From positions 192,001-256,000 of the forward strand of contig BK006940.2 of assembly GCA_000146045.2 (NCBI GenBank): a stretch of DNA of 64,000 nucleotides. The letters run 5' to 3'. Origin of the DNA: TPA_inf: Saccharomyces. Taxonomy: Eukaryota. Positions 63,781 through 64,000 of the stretch are shown here, piece by piece. A program made the position numbers and the translations under genes. Below the pieces are notes generated by a model. The model made no database searches. It saw only the letters and a list, made by a program, of their open reading frames with translations, and had not been told where the DNA came from. Numbering within the stretch: position 1 is the stretch's first letter; the number at the start of each line of letters is the position of its first letter.

Positions 63781-64000
63781 AAGTAAAAAAATGAAAAAGA
63801 TGTAAAAAGAAAAGTTCGAGGTAAGACCAGGTGCAAGGAGAATACTGGGCGCCAATGCTTTTACTGCAGCGAAGAAAAATTCTAACCGTCTGTTTCGGTT
63901 GCTAATTTTTGTCTTACTTTCGATGGTTAGGCTTCGTGGGGTAAAAGTCGAGCTTGTTTTCTGAAGCGGAAATTACAGCAGTTTGCTAGGTGAGTTTTAA

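Noticed and set aside
1-64000. CRISPR arrays, restriction-modification or defence islands, operons, integrons
   Set aside because: The sequence is eukaryotic (yeast nuclear). It has spliceosomal introns, Pol III tRNA genes with A and B boxes, and monocistronic genes with long AT-rich promoters. No direct-repeat/spacer architecture is present. The only repeats are microsatellites, codon repeats and LTR remnants.

Overview
This window reads as well-annotated Saccharomyces cerevisiae nuclear DNA, and I found no previously undescribed system. Gene order and content match the right arm of chromosome VI from YFR020W through HXK1 (YFR053C). By my recollection of S288C coordinates this is roughly chrVI:192,001-256,000; that mapping is from memory and is not computed here. 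The window holds about 40 protein-coding genes in typical yeast arrangement. Three of them contain spliceosomal introns: LSB3, RPL2A and YFR045W. There are three Pol III tRNA genes: Ala-AGC, intron-containing Tyr-GUA, and Lys-CUU. Three Ty delta solo-LTR remnants cluster next to the tRNA-Ala gene. There is also a (TG)31 microsatellite, a candidate ARS consensus element between ROG3 and PES4, and recognisable promoter motifs. These are PACE elements upstream of two proteasome genes, an STRE/Mig1/E-box cluster upstream of HXK1, CCAAT and CACGTG motifs at QCR6/PHO4, and a candidate UPRE-2 at ERJ5. The supplied ORF track evidently accepts TTG/GTG/CTG as starts, so several listed ORFs begin upstream of the real ATG. 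Corrected starts are given in the features. The places most worth follow-up are the uncharacterised genes: YFR045W (a mitochondrial carrier), the YFR020W and ULI1 secreted orphans, and RMD8/IRC6. The LTR-flanked ULI1 locus is also worth a look. No CRISPR arrays, operons or prokaryote-style islands are present.
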